From Octopus bimaculoides (Eukaryota), in assembly GCF_001194135.2 (NCBI RefSeq), contig NC_068981.1, positions 3,172,331 to 3,236,330 of the forward strand: 64,000 nt of DNA, read 5' to 3'. Below the pieces are notes generated by a model. That model was not told where the DNA came from. It saw nothing but the letters and a program-made list of their open reading frames with translations, and made no database searches. Positions 24,080 to 37,346 of this stretch are shown here, in pieces. Position numbers and translations under genes: made by a program. The first letter of the stretch is position 1; every line of letters starts with the position of its first letter.

Positions 24080-25108
24080 AGGAAGTGTATATACCTTTCT
24101 GTCTAAATTTTAGACCAAGGCAGGGTGCTTGGCCCTTAAAGTGTCTCCGAGCACTCACAGCCCTCAGCCAGTTGGGATAGCGGTTGGTGGAAGTTCCACC
24201 TTGGAGTTCTATATGGGATTAGTGCAGGGCAAGAGCAATGGTGTACTTGGAGAGCTCCTGGGCATTGATTAGAATCAACTGGCTGGTCACTTCCAAAGGA
24301 CTTTCGGGCCAGGAACTATGGGTAACTTCCAGAAATCCCTGGCCTGGCAGTGCTACGAGAAGGAGCCACTGACAGTTCAAAATAAGCTGTACAGGCACAG
24401 GTGTGCAGTCAGTCGGGCTTGTCAGAGATGTATGTGGAGTGATGTAACCGTTCTGCATGCTCTTGTACAGTGCGCACGCATTGCTGACTTGTGGAGCTTT
24501 GTCGATCAGTTATTGTCACATGTAGGACAGACCCAGCTATTGTCTGTGTCTATTGTGAAGATCGCCCTGCCTCCTTCCTTTGACCGGAAAGGGAGGGCCG
24601 TTTTTCTCTGTCTGGTGGCTATGGTGAAAGAGGTTGTGTGGTAGACGTGATTGAAAGGATTAAGGACAGGTACCTTCCTCTTTGGCCAAGGCCTAATCAA
24701 CTTTTTCAGGTTACACCTGAAAAGGAAAGTGAGGCCAGAGAGGGATGTACTGTCACCCAATAAGTTCATTGAAAGGTGGGTGAATATGGCAAGAATGGCC
24801 CATGTGAATGGTCCCACTCTAAGTTCGCGCCTGTATGCCTTACAGAAAGGAGAAAAAAGGGTGCCTTCCTGAGGAGCCCTTGGTGTTGGGGTCCAAAGGG
24901 CGTAAGGTCTCTTTGGTCACCTAACGGTGGAACTCCCCCACCCATTGGGGAAGCATATTGTTAATTTTATCTCTTTTATAATCGTTGTGTTTGTTGGTTG
25001 TCTACACGTTTAACTTCACTGTCCCTCGTCTGTCTATCGTCCACTATGTTTTGTGTTCGGCCCTGGTGGCCAAGAAAGAAAGAATTATTATTATTATTAT
25101 TATTATTC
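24080..25108 (+). mobile_element. L1/Tx1-clade LINE 3' fragment with a zf-RVT-like region
   Basis: FQKSLAWQCY...CQRC..SDVTVLHALVQC...LWSFV...KEVVW*TRLKGL...LINFFRLHLKRKVR..FIERWV; the 3' UTR ends in an (AAGA)/(ATT)n tail. Degenerate; 5' boundary approximate. Confidence 0.75.
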
Positions 25109-26423
25109 ATTTATATCTGTAAATTATATTAACAAAAATTATATTAACAAGAGTATGGTGGTCTCAATTCAGTTTTGTAATAAATCTATTTAGTTTTGCT
25201 TTATTTTCTATTGATTATTTATTTTCTATTATTCCTTTATTCCCTTTATTGAAAATTAATTCTTTTTACGATTTATTTACCGAAATCATTTATTTTTACG
25301 ATTATTACCGAAGTATGTTTCACGAAATACATTTTTTTCAATTTTTTGCTTTTTCATTAATAATATTAATCATAACATCAAATTATTATATTATTTTCGC
25401 AAAAAATTTACAGATAATCTTCATTTAACAATTTATTTGATAGATATGTAATAATCTTTTTAACTATTTAAATCATTACTTTGGTTTCCATTCATAACCA
25501 GACGACAGGTTCATCTCTGCGTAAGTCTGAACAACGGTTTTACTTCTTAAACATCTTCGTATTTTTTTGTTTAAAACCGTCACATTTAAATTAATGACAT
25601 CGAACATTTATATTTTATTTGCATTCTTTATTGGATATTTATATAATTATCGTAGTTTGGCCGTCAAGATATTGAATTGACAGAAGCCCAAACGATTATC
25701 CTTCATCTTTACAGGAAGCTCTTTGGCCATCCGTTCCAGTTCAATATCTCTTCCAATCGTAGACATGCTTTGTAAAATAAAATTAAAATAGTGTAACACT
25801 CATGGCTTTAGGAAACATTATTTCATGATCAGAATTCTGAAATCCTGGACTAAATAACAAATATCAGTTGTTAGTCTGTTAGGACATTGCTCTGTTAAAA
25901 GCTTCCTTGCCTCCCGTAATTCCCCAACATTACCCCTGACCTAACCCTTCTTTCATCTTCATGACCCCTAATGTCCACTTTTTTCTATCTATTGCTTATA
26001 TTACTTTTTAGCTTCCGTTGATGTCTTTCTCTAATTACATGTCTTCTTTCTCTCTTTTTTTGAACACTTTACAAAAAGCTCCTTATTATATTCTTCTTTG
26101 GAAAGTGTTCTTTAAGCTCCTTCTCCAGCAGAACTATGGATGAGTAAAGACGTTCCAGCCGTGGTCATCCCTTCTTTTTTTCTTTATCTATCTCTCTCTC
26201 TATCTTTTTGCGAATATTTAAGTTAGAACAACCTTATACATATCTTATTTTCTAAAATAGTAATCTATAATTTTAGGGAGATTTAGTTATTTCTCGCGGC
26301 TCCTGTAGTAAACAGTCTTAAAAGTGATTCTTCTCCGATAATTCTTTAATAATTTCATTGAACTTTGAAGAAAAGATACAAATAATTGTATTTTATTTTA
26401 TATCCATTCATATTTAGTTTATA

Positions 26424-26468
<45 letters not shown>

Positions 26469-26522
26469 NNNNNNNNNNNNNNNNNNNNNNNNNNNNNNNN
26501 NNNNNNNNNNNNNNNNNNNNNN

Positions 26523-26558
<36 letters not shown>
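26424..26558. repeat. (CT)n / gap / (TA)n microsatellite; other dinucleotide runs near 518-549, 21646-21676, 33358-33425, 48527-48587, 57355-57395, 62613-62667
   Basis: Read directly; N gap at 26469-26522. Confidence 0.9.
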
Positions 26559-26562
<4 letters not shown>

Positions 26563-26847
26563 GCAAAAACGAGGGGTAGAGTCGGACATTCGCGGTAACG
26601 TTATTTTTATTTGGAAATGATATATTAATGGCAATGTTTTTGATTAAAAATTGAGATATTATAATAATATTTGATAAAATGTAGTAGAGACAGTTGTGAT
26701 AATAATCGTTGGATAAGTTTACCTCCTTCCTTCTGAGCGGTGGGGCTAAAATAAAGTACCAGTTATGTACTGAGGTAAGCGTATTCCATTTTACCCCGAC
26801 TCCAGAAGATTATGGTATGGTCTTGTATCTATGAAAAATATGGTATA

Positions 26848-26974
26848 CAAGGTGTCCACAAAGTCTGGCTACATGGAGTAAATAAAATCATAACATAAAC
26901 AATTAAATATCAGAAATAATAATTTCTTAAAGTATGTGGCAATCCCCATGTACCCAGATTTTGCGGACACCCTG
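26848..26974. mobile_element. 127-bp Tc1/mariner-type MITE
   Basis: TA on both sides (26846-47 and 26975-76); ~30-bp imperfect TIR CAAGGTGTCCACAAAGTCTGG.TACATGG / CCATGTACCCAGATTTTGCGGACACCCTG. Confidence 0.8.
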
Positions 26975-27343
26975 TAGAATAAAACATAATGAAATAAAAT
27001 ATATTTATTACAACCGAATTGAAAAAATTCCGAAAATTAAACTGTGATACTATGTTTAATTATTTGAGATATATTTGGATCTTTCTGTTGCTGTCACAGT
27101 TTTAGAAATTAAAAAAAAGGGAAAACTTTGATAGCAATAGAAAAGATCCGTATTTTATGAAGACTATATATTACAAAAGTACACTTCCTTATTTGTATTA
27201 TTACAATAGGGACTGCTGGAAACCTTATCTCCAGAAGATATAGCACTCATAAAGAAAAGTGTGACTTTGAATTATTGATCAGATCGATGTTTCAACAGTA
27301 AATAGTTCCAAACTCTTGGAATCAATCTACCCTTTCTCTAGAA

Positions 27344-27384
<41 letters not shown>

Positions 27385-29044
27385 AGCACCTTCACAGAAT
27401 TAGACATCCATTTGGAGCTAATCTATATTGAAAATGTGAGTTCGTGCTCGGCAAAGAAGAGGAGCAAGCCTGAACAGAAAGGAAATTTGGGAGAGATAGA
27501 GAATAACATTTATGTAACCCCAAATTCTTTGAGCAATACAGCCTGGACAGGCAAAGTTGATCTTGTCTGGATGGATATTAACCCCGACTTAATGAGATCG
27601 AACCAAATAATGATTGAGATCTTTTTAAAATTCTTCCAACTACGCCAAAGAATATGGTGAACAATTGAAATAATTTAGGTGGTTGGAAGAATTTTAGAAA
27701 GATTCTATTTATTCACTTCATCTTATTTAATGAAGATTAATTATTTTTACGATTTATTTACCGAAATTATCTATTTTTACGATTATTATCGAAGTACGTT
27801 TCACGAAATATATTTTCTTTTTCGACTTCTTACTATTTAACTAAAATCAGTCTTAACATCAAATTATTTTACTTTTTAAAACCAATTACAGATAATCTTC
27901 ACTTAACAGTTTATTTGTTAGATATAATAATTAATATTTTGACTATTTCAATCAATACTTTGGTTTCCATTCATTATCAGACGACAGGTTCATCTGTGCG
28001 TAAGTTGAAACAACAGCTTTACTGCTTAAATCTTAATTATCTTCGTTTTTAGTTTAAAAACGTCTCATTAAAATTAATGACATCGTACTTGGATTCAGTT
28101 GGTGTCAAAAAATATATTTTATTTGATTTCTTTATTGAATATTTTCTAAGTTTGGACGTTAAGGAACTGACTTGGTGCCCCCAAGATTATCTACTATAGA
28201 TTATCTTTTTAATTGTGTATCTCTACCACTCGTGGACATGCTTGTAAAGTAAAATAAAAACAATGTAGTATCCTTGACCATAGGAAACCTGTTTTAACGT
28301 TCAGAATTGTCAGATCCTGGAACAAATAACCCACATCAGTTCTTAATCTGTTAGGATGTTGCATCCTTCAAAAATCTCATGTTTCCCAATATTCATTAAC
28401 ATTGTTCCTGACCTGCTTGCTCAACCGTCTTCTCATAAGATTCTTTTCATGTTCACTTTTCGTCTTTTTTTTTCCTGTGTATTGCGTATGTATTTCTTAG
28501 TTTTTGTTGATCTATTTGTCTCCTCTTTTAACCTTTCCTGACGAGTTAAAGTGCACCTGAGCACTGCATGCAGTAAGCTCATTAATTTTTCTTTGCAAAG
28601 TAGTTTAGCTCCACTTTCCAGCAGACCTATGAGCGAAGACGCTCCATCGGTGATCATCTCCCTAATTCTCTCTATTTTATTTAAAAAAAATTATTTTTTG
28701 GCAAATAGTTTATTTAGGACATTACACAATATCTTTACTAAAATAGCAAGAAATAATTTAAGGGAGATCTAGGCGTTATTTTTAGTAGCTCAACTTACTG
28801 TATAGAGACTCCGTGTAGTCGTTATTTTGAAAGTAAACAGACTTAAAAGTGATTGTTCTTCAATAATTATTTAATAATTTCATTGAACTTTGAAGAAAAA
28901 TGTACGAATAATTGCATTTTGTTTTATAATTATTCATATTTGGTTGATATCTATCAAAAGGATAGCATTAGACATTTACTGTAACATTTTTAGTTTGAAA
29001 TAATAATATCAATGATAATATTTTGGATGAAAGATTGTGATAAA

Positions 29045-29372
29045 GATCCCCTTTGATCATGAATGACCATGGGATTGCACCTAGAAAGTTACCCGCCAAG
29101 GCACAAGTCCAGGCAAGGTTGTTTTATGGAAGACCAGTAGTCATCCATGCGTACCAGCCTCCCCTCTTCACGTCACCAATGTTTTCCAAGGGAAAGGCAA
29201 AGGGGCCCCGATACTGTTTGGCACCAGTGACGTCATAAGTCATTTCTACAGCTGAATGAATTGGAACAATGTAAAATAAAGTGTCTGGCTCAAGAACACG
29301 ATACACAGCATGGTCTGGGAATTGACCTCAATATCTCATTGTTGTGAGCCCAACGCTCTAACTACTGAGCCA
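29045..29372 (-). mobile_element. tRNA-derived SINE family D
   Basis: The reverse complement starts TATGGCTCAGTAGTTAGAGCGTTGGGCTCACAAC..GAGGTCAATTCCC; a related fragment lies at ~54140-54335. It is absent from the paralogous position near 26700, so it inserted after that duplication or was lost from copy 1. Confidence 0.7.
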
Positions 29373-29899
29373 TAATTGAGATCTTTGCTCGTTGGATGAG
29401 TTTACTTTCCATCTTTCTGAAAGAATTTAAATAAAAGGCTGACTTTCAGAATAGCTATCAGTTATCATGAATAAAATGAATTGCTTTGGTATTTCTATAA
29501 TATCTAACCTTTTGAATTCTGTTGTAAGCATTAAAAAAAAAAAATTTAAATGCAAATTTTCAAACTTCCTGCCCCTCCCCCACCATTCGGCCTTCAAAAT
29601 AGTTTCCTTGATTTTAATTTTTTTTTTTTTAAGTTTTCTTTTTATCCATGTTAAAATAATTCATTTTTCTTTTCATATTTCTCAACCCTTTCTCTATCTC
29701 CTTATTAAATGACTTTATTAAACTGCTCATGGCTGCTGGAGCTGCTAAAAATAATAGACTTACACAAGTAGATGTATGAGAAATAAAATTGGAATTTTGG
29801 AAGTTTTTTTAAAATTTCAATTGTTTGAAATGTAGGAAAGAATATTTTTAATTGAAGAAAGTAGACTGGAACAATAATATTCTCTCGCTTTCCCTCTCT

Positions 29900-29993
29900 C
29901 TATCATAGCAATATTTTTCGCGGCACTTTTTCTAATTAAAATCGCTCATTTCTGTTTTCTAAATAATTAAATATTTCTTTCCATGGTGTAAGA
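29900..29993 (+). promoter_or_regulatory. Candidate promoter and non-coding first exon of gene 2, with an E2F-like TTTCGCGG site
   Basis: Unique CpG-containing sequence ~500 bp upstream of the 30446 acceptor; TTTCGCGGC at 29916-29924; GTAAGA donor-like site at 29988. Confidence 0.3.
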
Positions 29994-30478
29994 GGAAATC
30001 TTGTTGAGAAATATTGCTGCTCTAAATTGAAGTATAGCAGCTGATAACTAGTACCCTTGTGTCTTGAAGTTGAAGGATAACCAATCTACAGTCTTTTCTT
30101 AAAAACTGTACATAAGAATAATTCTAACTAAAGTGTTTGTTTAGAGTGTGGTCTACCTCACTATGAAAGAAGTGACATGAAAAAAAAAATAGAAGGAAAA
30201 TGGAGACGATTGTGATTGTGTACATAGAAAAACCTCAAAAAACAAAAAAGAAACACTGTCCCAACACTGCTAAAGTGAAACCATATAAACTAAACTATAT
30301 CTTTCAAGATTTTACTTTTGTTCTAACATATTTGATATTTCTTTGTAGTTATTTGACTATATTCAGAGTTTTAGTAAATAAAATGTAATTATTTACCTGT
30401 TTTTGTTACAAATGGATATCAATAAGTTAAATGTTTCCATTTCAGTGAACTTTTGTACTGAATTTTAGAAAAAAGAAA

Positions 30479-30509
30479 ATGGATATAAGGAAAAGAAAGA
30501 ATGATGCAT
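30479..30509 (+). CDS. Gene 2 probable first coding exon MDIRKRKNDA (exon likely starts 30446 or 30469)
   Basis: TTCCATTTCAG acceptor ending 30445; ATG 30479; GTAAGT donor at 30510; phase 1 joins exon 37298 in frame (t+tt = Phe). Short, so chance is not excluded. Confidence 0.55.
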
Positions 30510-31904
30510 GTAAGTAAAATGATAACCAGGCTTATTGCTACAGATTTAACCTATATATATGGGATATATATTTAAAATATGTTCTCGATTATTTTTGAAA
30601 CAATTCCTACAGAAATTTAAATAATGTGGAACTGAATCAACATTTTAAATACTTACAACTTTAACTGAGAGAGAGAGAGCAAAACCGTATGTGATCAGAA
30701 AGTACATATACAGTTTCTACTAGATAGTAATTCTCTCAATAATAGTAAAGATAGCAGAAATAATAATTATCTGATCCATTTAAATTTAGCACTTTCATTT
30801 GATGGAGTTTCCTTGACTAATAATGACATATTATATACCAAGTTTGAGGAGTTGCTGTGTTGTACATGGCTTTTACTTTAAAAAAAAAAAAAGAAAGAAA
30901 AAATCTTCATGCTATCGGTTCTTATTGAAGATTATTAGTCTTTAAGATGGGCACATCATCATTACTTTTAATGTCTAGTTTTCCATGCTTGCATGGGTTG
31001 GACAGAATTTGTTGAGGCAGATTTTGTATGGTCACCTGTTTTCAAAAAAGGTAATATTTTCCCATAGCCAGACATGTTTTCACAGAAAGTTGAAAACAAA
31101 GGATATTGCTTGCATGATGGTGATACTCATTTACAACTATCACATACACACAATTTTCATCTATCAAATTCACTCACAAGGCTTTGTGGCCAGAAGACAG
31201 GAACACATTCTCTTCCTCTCTCTCACATGCACACACATGACTGGTTTCTTCCAATTTTCCTTTACCAGATCAACTCACAAGGCTTTGGTTGACACAGGGC
31301 TGTAGAGGAAGACATTTGCCCGAGGTGCCACACAGTGGGGCTGAACTCTGAACCATGTGGTTGTGCAGCAACATGTTTATTTAATAAAACGTCTTTATAA
31401 AATATTTGTTTGTCTTTTCCCTTCTAATGTTAAAAGGAATATCATTCTTTTCATTTCCAGATATAGGCTCTATTTCTATAAGTTAAGAACATTCTATTTG
31501 GATTCCTAAAAGAATCTTCTATTTTGTTTGTCATAAGACTGCAGCCATGCTGGGGCACTGCCTTGAAGGGTTTAGTGGAGCAAACTGAATTAACCCTGTA
31601 CATTTTTTTCCTTTTTTAAGCCTGGTACTTATTCTCATGGCCTTTTTTGCTGAACCACTAAGTTATGAGGACATAAACAAACCAGCACTGGTTATGTGGG
31701 TGGGGATCAAACGACAACACACACAGATATACAACGGGCTTCTTTCTGTGTTTGGCCCAGAAGACACTTGCCCAAGGTAGCATGTAGTGGAACTGAACCC
31801 AGAACTATGTGGTTGGAAAGCAAACTTCTTACCACACAACTACATCTGTAAATAAAATATCGTTTTAAATGAATTCGATATGAAATTTAGTGATGCTAGG
31901 TGTA

Positions 31905-32280
31905 ATCTTTAGTGGTACTCCATTGGTTACGATAACGAGGGTTCCAGTTGATCCGATCAACGGAACAACCTGCGCATGAAATTAACGTGCAAGTGGCTGA
32001 GCACTCCACAGACATGTGTACTCTTAATGTAGTTCTCAGAGATTCAGTGTAACACAGTGTGATAAGGCTGGCCCTTTGAAATACAGACACAACAGAAACA
32101 GGAAGAAAGAGTGAAAGAAAGTTGTGGTGAAAGAGTACAGCGGGGTTTGCCACCATCTCCTGCTGGAGCCTTGTGGAGCTTTAGGTGTTTTCATTCAATA
32201 AACACTAACAACGCAATCGAAACTGATCTTATGACCTCGAGTCCGCTGCCCTAACTACTGGGCCATTGCACCTCCACAGG
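31905..32280 (-). mobile_element. tRNA-derived SINE family C
   Basis: The reverse complement starts GTGGAGGTGCAATGGCCCAGTAGTTAGGGCAGCGGACTCG (A-box-like) with a degenerate B box. Confidence 0.65.
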
Positions 32281-33355
32281 AGGTGTAATGGTACACTTAT
32301 AAATGATATTATTAGTTAAAAGAATAAAATTAAATGGGCATTATCTGGAAGTATTACAATTCTAGCTGTAGCTGGTAATGTTATTGGGTAAAATTTAGTC
32401 AAGTTAGAAATAGCAATGTTACATGCAAAGTTAGGGGTAATAGTTTGCTGAAGCCTTGTGATTGACTAGTTCGCTTCTCAGCTACATAGCTTCAAGTTTT
32501 GCCCCATTGCAAGTGTCTTCTTCTATAGCCCTGGGGTGACTAATGACTTACCAGGGAATTTGGTAGATGAAAACTGAAAGAAGCCCATTGAATATATCTG
32601 TGTATATGTCTGTGTGTATGTGTGAATGCTTACAATCTGTACTGAGTTGCTGCTACAAACAGTGGCATCCTCATTTATAGCTGGGCTACAACTGGTTACC
32701 TTTTGACATTTTCTGCACTTTCAAATTCATCTAAAATAATAAAAATTCCCTATTTAAAAAACAGGCAAGGCTTGGCACTCGGAAAAGCATCTGGCTTTAA
32801 AAACTGTCCTGCAACTACCACCCCCACCAAGACATGCTAGCATGGCAAAGCTTGTTAAAAGTACAAATGGTGTGTGTGGGTGTGTATGAATGTATGTATG
32901 TGTGTGTGTATATATACATTAATCCCTTGCCGTATTGCGATTCATCTACCGCGGCTTATTATTTAAGTTTATGTCAATTCCTGCATGCTGTTTTGCATTT
33001 ATAATAAAATATATACAAATATACAGTGCAGCACTATTTCTTCTTCAGATTTTCACCTATCACGGGGCGTTTTGGAATGTAACACCCACGATAGTTGAGG
33101 GATTACTGTGTGTGTGTATATATGTATACACATATATAATATCATTGTGGGTCAGATGGAAATCGTAGAGGTAGATTTTACATGTCCAGATGCCCTTCTT
33201 GTCACCAGCCTTCACTTGTTTCCGAGCAAGGTAAAATTTCACTATTGCAAACACTACCTGTATGACTGTGTTGCTTGTTTACACTTACCATCCAATGTGA
33301 TGACAAGTCCCACACAGGTAACCAGACGCATTTATAGGTACATAGACATGTGTAT

Positions 33356-33413
<58 letters not shown>

Positions 33414-34533
33414 GTGTGTGTGTGTATGTATGAGATAGTATAGATATATAATGGCTATAGGGAAATATATCCACTCATAAGTTTTTGGTCAGCCCAAAGC
33501 AACAGTAGGTGACACTTGCCTAACATGTTACTCATGGCTGGGAAGCAAAATTCTTAACCATACAGCCATGTTCGTGTTTGTATGTGTGGAGTGGGTGGGT
33601 AGGTGAGTCCTTTAATCCTGAAAATACCACAAAGGTGGTGAGCTAACAGAATTGTTAGTATGCACAGCAAAATGCTTGGCAGCATTTTGTTTGCCTTTAT
33701 TTTCTGAGTTCAAATTCTGTGAAGGTCGACTTTGCCTGTCCATTCCTTTCAGGGTTGATAAAATAAATACCATTTGATCACTGGGGTCGATGTAATCGAC
33801 TTACCCTCTCCCCCAAAATTGCTGGCTTTATGCTAAAATCTGAAAGCAATATTGAAAATACCTATTATCTAAACATTAATATAATCTAATAATAATAATA
33901 ATAATCTAAACACGAATTAGTGGCCAGTGTCTAAAGTGTATGGGACTGTGTTGGATTGTTTATGTCAAATGTATGAAAATGCTAAATGCTAAAAAAAAAT
34001 GCACAAATGAAATCATAAAGAAGAAAACAAGTAACAGGAAAATTAAAGAAGCTGTAGCATTTGTGCTTGTAGAATTTTAATATAAATTCAGGAGAAAGAC
34101 AGAGACTTAATCTTATATTTATATATTACTAGACTTAAAAATGAAACTGTTATATATATATATATATATATTACTAGATTTAAAGTCGGTAAAAATAATG
34201 GGAAATATTCATTTTGTTCATGACAACATTAATAGCATAAACGAACAGAATTGTTTGTAATTAGAAACTGAAACAGAATTATGGCCTTTTTACTTGCGCC
34301 CTACATCAGAATAAACAACCGAGAAAATAATGAGTTAAATAACTTATTAAATTGATTTTTTTTTAATACTTTTTTGTTATCCCGATCAAACATTTTGGAT
34401 TATAGTTAGAAATTAACTTCTGATTATGACAAGGCTCACAGCTAAAAAAAATACAAGAAAGATCACTTTGTACTTTTTGTCATTAAGTAGTCTCCCCTGC
34501 TGTCAATCAAAATCCATAGCTAAGCTGGCAGTA

Positions 34534-34546
34534 GTTGCATAGCAAC
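34534..34546. promoter_or_regulatory. RFX X-box-like palindrome GTTGCATAGCAAC
   Basis: Close to the GTTGCCATGGCAAC consensus (one base shorter), in a non-repeat, CpG-containing patch of gene 2 intron 1. Confidence 0.35.
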
Positions 34547-35974
34547 AGACGCAATGTTTTCTCTCAACCTTTCGCTGTTATCAGCTAATTTCATGTTTTC
34601 TAATATCTTCTTCCATATCCATTCTTTAACGTAGTTCAACCAGTCCCCTTTCTTGTCTTTCTGTATCTTGTTTACGGGGGTTGGGGTGGGTGTACATGCA
34701 TCTGTTAAACTGTTATATGTTTGTTATTGCCGTAATAAATTCCAGTTAGATTCACTGTTGTGTGAAGAAAATGCCTTAAGATATCAATCCTGTAAGGGAT
34801 TGATAAAATATGTACAAGTAATAACCTATAGTGATCGATTTATTGTAATCCTTTGCAAAGTTGTGGCATTCTGCCAGTTCAATATATTACCGGTCTTTAG
34901 CTTGGGTTGGATAGGTTGGCGTTGTTGAGGTTAATTTTCGTCTGGAGTTGCTGTCCTTGTAGAGGTGTCAGAAGATCATGGACTGCTTCTGCATTTCGTA
35001 CAGAATACACACACACACACACACAATTTTTTTTCAGACAAGATGACAAAGGACTGAGATACTTGGTGCCTTGCTGTACCCAAGAAGACCTGTACTCCAC
35101 AGCATAATTGTTAATGCTGCTCCCCCTGGAGAAGAGGATTGGTCTACAAGAGTAGAGTGTCTGTGCCATGTAAAAAGCACTTGTGCTGATGCCATGTATA
35201 AGTGCTCTTGCCAGTTCCACATTAAGAGCACCCAGCACACACTGTAAAGTGGTTGGTGTTAAGAAGGACATCCAGCCATAGAAACCAAGCCAAATCAGAC
35301 TGGAACCTGGTGCAGCTCTCAGGCTTGCCAGCTCTGGTCAAACTGTCCAACCCAAGCCAATATTGGAAAACGGATGTTAAATGATGATGATGAACAAGGA
35401 AGCATTGTTATCTATAACCAATTTCTCTTAGTGATTTAAAGCCATATTAATCTTTAATCTTTGACCTGTACTACATTATCTGAAAATGAAACAATACATA
35501 TTGCTTTATCTTATTTGAGGTAACTTCTGTTTTAGACATTGTATGCATGTCAATATATGGCACCTAAAGACAAAATGTAGCATGGAACAAAAAATATATA
35601 AGTTAATATTAAATGATCTGATGGTAATAGCTAGAACACCATTGACCATAGTTCTGCTTTATCAGGGCTTTGCAGATAGTAAAAATAAACATTTTGCTCT
35701 AGTTTATCCTTTTTACGCATAAAAACTTTAACAAATCTTTTCCAGTTCTGTTCCCCTTTAATAAATTATCTTGATCTATCTATGTCTCTAATTAAACTTC
35801 AGACCATGATTATGTCCCAACAGCACTCTTGATTATCCTTCTCTGCTACTGTTCCTATACTCTCTTTCAAAAACATTTATCTCAAAGTTATTAAAATATA
35901 TTATATACTATATATGGATTTTAACTCCAGTCACCAATCAGTTAAACTTGTTTAAAATATCTTTTATCTTTTGT

Positions 35975-36708
35975 TTGTTTCTGTCATTGAAATGTGACCA
36001 TTCTAGGGCACCACCTTCAAGGGTTTTAGTTAAACAAATCAACCCCAGAACTGATTTTTTAAGTCTAAGACTTATGCTATTTGTCTCGTATGCTGAACCA
36101 CTAAGTTACAGGGGCACAAACCAACATTAGTCATTAAGGTGTTGGCTGGGGGAGACAAATATGGGCACAAGGATACACGCACGCACACACACACACACAC
36201 ACACACACATGACAGGCTTCCACACAGTTTCCATCTATCAAATTCACTCACAAGGCTTTGGTTAACTCAGGGCTATAGTATAAGACACTTGCCCAAAGTG
36301 TTGCACAGTAGAGCTAAACATGAAGCCACACGGTCGCAAAGCAAGCTTTTTAACCACACAGTTATGCCTGTGCCTATATTCAAGATTCGTGGCTGTGTGG
36401 TAAGTAGCTTGCTTACCAACCACATGGTTCTGGGTTCAGTCCCACTTCATGGCCCTTATGAGTGGATTTGGTAGACGGAAACTGAAACTGAAAGAATCCT
36501 GTCATATATATGTATGTGTTTGTCCCCCCAACATCACCTGACAACCGATGCTGGTGTGTTTATGTCTCCGTAACTTAGCTGTCCAGCAAAAGAGACCGAT
36601 AGAATAAGTACTAGGCTTATAAAGAATAAGTCCTGGGGTCAATTTGCTCGACTAAAGGCGGTGCTCCAGCATGGCCACAGTCAAATGACTGAAGTAAGTA
36701 AAAGAGAG
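35975..36708. mobile_element. Head-to-head pair of family A SINEs (minus copy ~35975-36375, plus copy ~36386-36708)
   Basis: TTAACCACACAG (reversed head) is followed within ~20 bp by GGCTGTGTGGTAAGTAGCTTGC. Confidence 0.8.
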
Positions 36709-37297
36709 TATAGTGGTCTCCTACAATGGCTAGAACCTTCATTCTTGCCAAAGATCAACCATGGGGAGAGACTGAGACCCTCTCCATAGAAAACTTCATT
36801 GAATAGACAGTTTTATGTAAATATTGAGTAAAGTTGGCTTGGTAAACTTGGAAGCTACTCTATAGTCTACCATCGACCTAATTCCCTATGTTAGCATTTT
36901 CTACAATAGATTTTAATCTAACATATGCCATATTTAGATTACTTTCTGATATATCTCTTCTGGCAAGTGTGCACTCTTAACGTTGTGAGGATTGCATCAC
37001 AAAAGACTGGTCTTCTGCTTAGGGTCCAGAAAATAAACCTCAATCCCAAACTACTAGCCTTCTATAAAGCTCAAGTAAGACTTGTAAGGCAGTAATGTTC
37101 TAGTTCATTGTAGATTATATTCCCCCAAAAAGGCCATCTGCCAAATTGACATAAAGTCACTCCCCAACACACTCCAATTTGTGGCCTATAGGTTCTTTGG
37201 TACCTCTCTATCCTTGCCCTTTTTTTTTTTTACAACTACAATAGTATCTTCAGCTTCTTGATACTGACATTGTCAATTCTTGTTTTATTTTCATAAG

Positions 37298-37346
37298 TTA
37301 CAGAAACTGTTGCTGAGAGCAGTGAAGATGAAATGATTCCAAAAAG
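37298..37346 (+). CDS. Gene 2 small exon (F)TETVAESSEDEMIPK(R)
   Basis: TTTTATTTTCATAAG acceptor; AAG|GTAGC donor at 37347; ends in phase 2 (ag) and joins 48900 (a) to give Arg in frame with the large exon. Confidence 0.65.

Larger units (their letters stand above)
25262..29430. repeat. Diverged tandem duplication: copy 1 ~25262-26760, copy 2 ~27745-29430
   Basis: Collinear shared blocks, e.g. TTTTTACGATTTATTTACCGAAA, CAGACGACAGGTTCATCT.TGCGTAAGT and TTTAATAATTTCATTGAACTTTGAAGAAAA. Confidence 0.9.

Noticed and set aside
27210-27660. Exon-like GLLETLSPEDIALIKK (27210) and the 114-aa track ORF 27316-27660
   Set aside because: No sensible in-frame partner exon, no counterpart after copy 2 of the duplication, and the ORF depends on a long A run.
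28433-28657. Protein-like 74-aa minus-strand ORF in duplication copy 2
   Set aside because: The frame is broken in copy 1, and its 5' part overlaps an old dispersed repeat also seen near 2860-2960.
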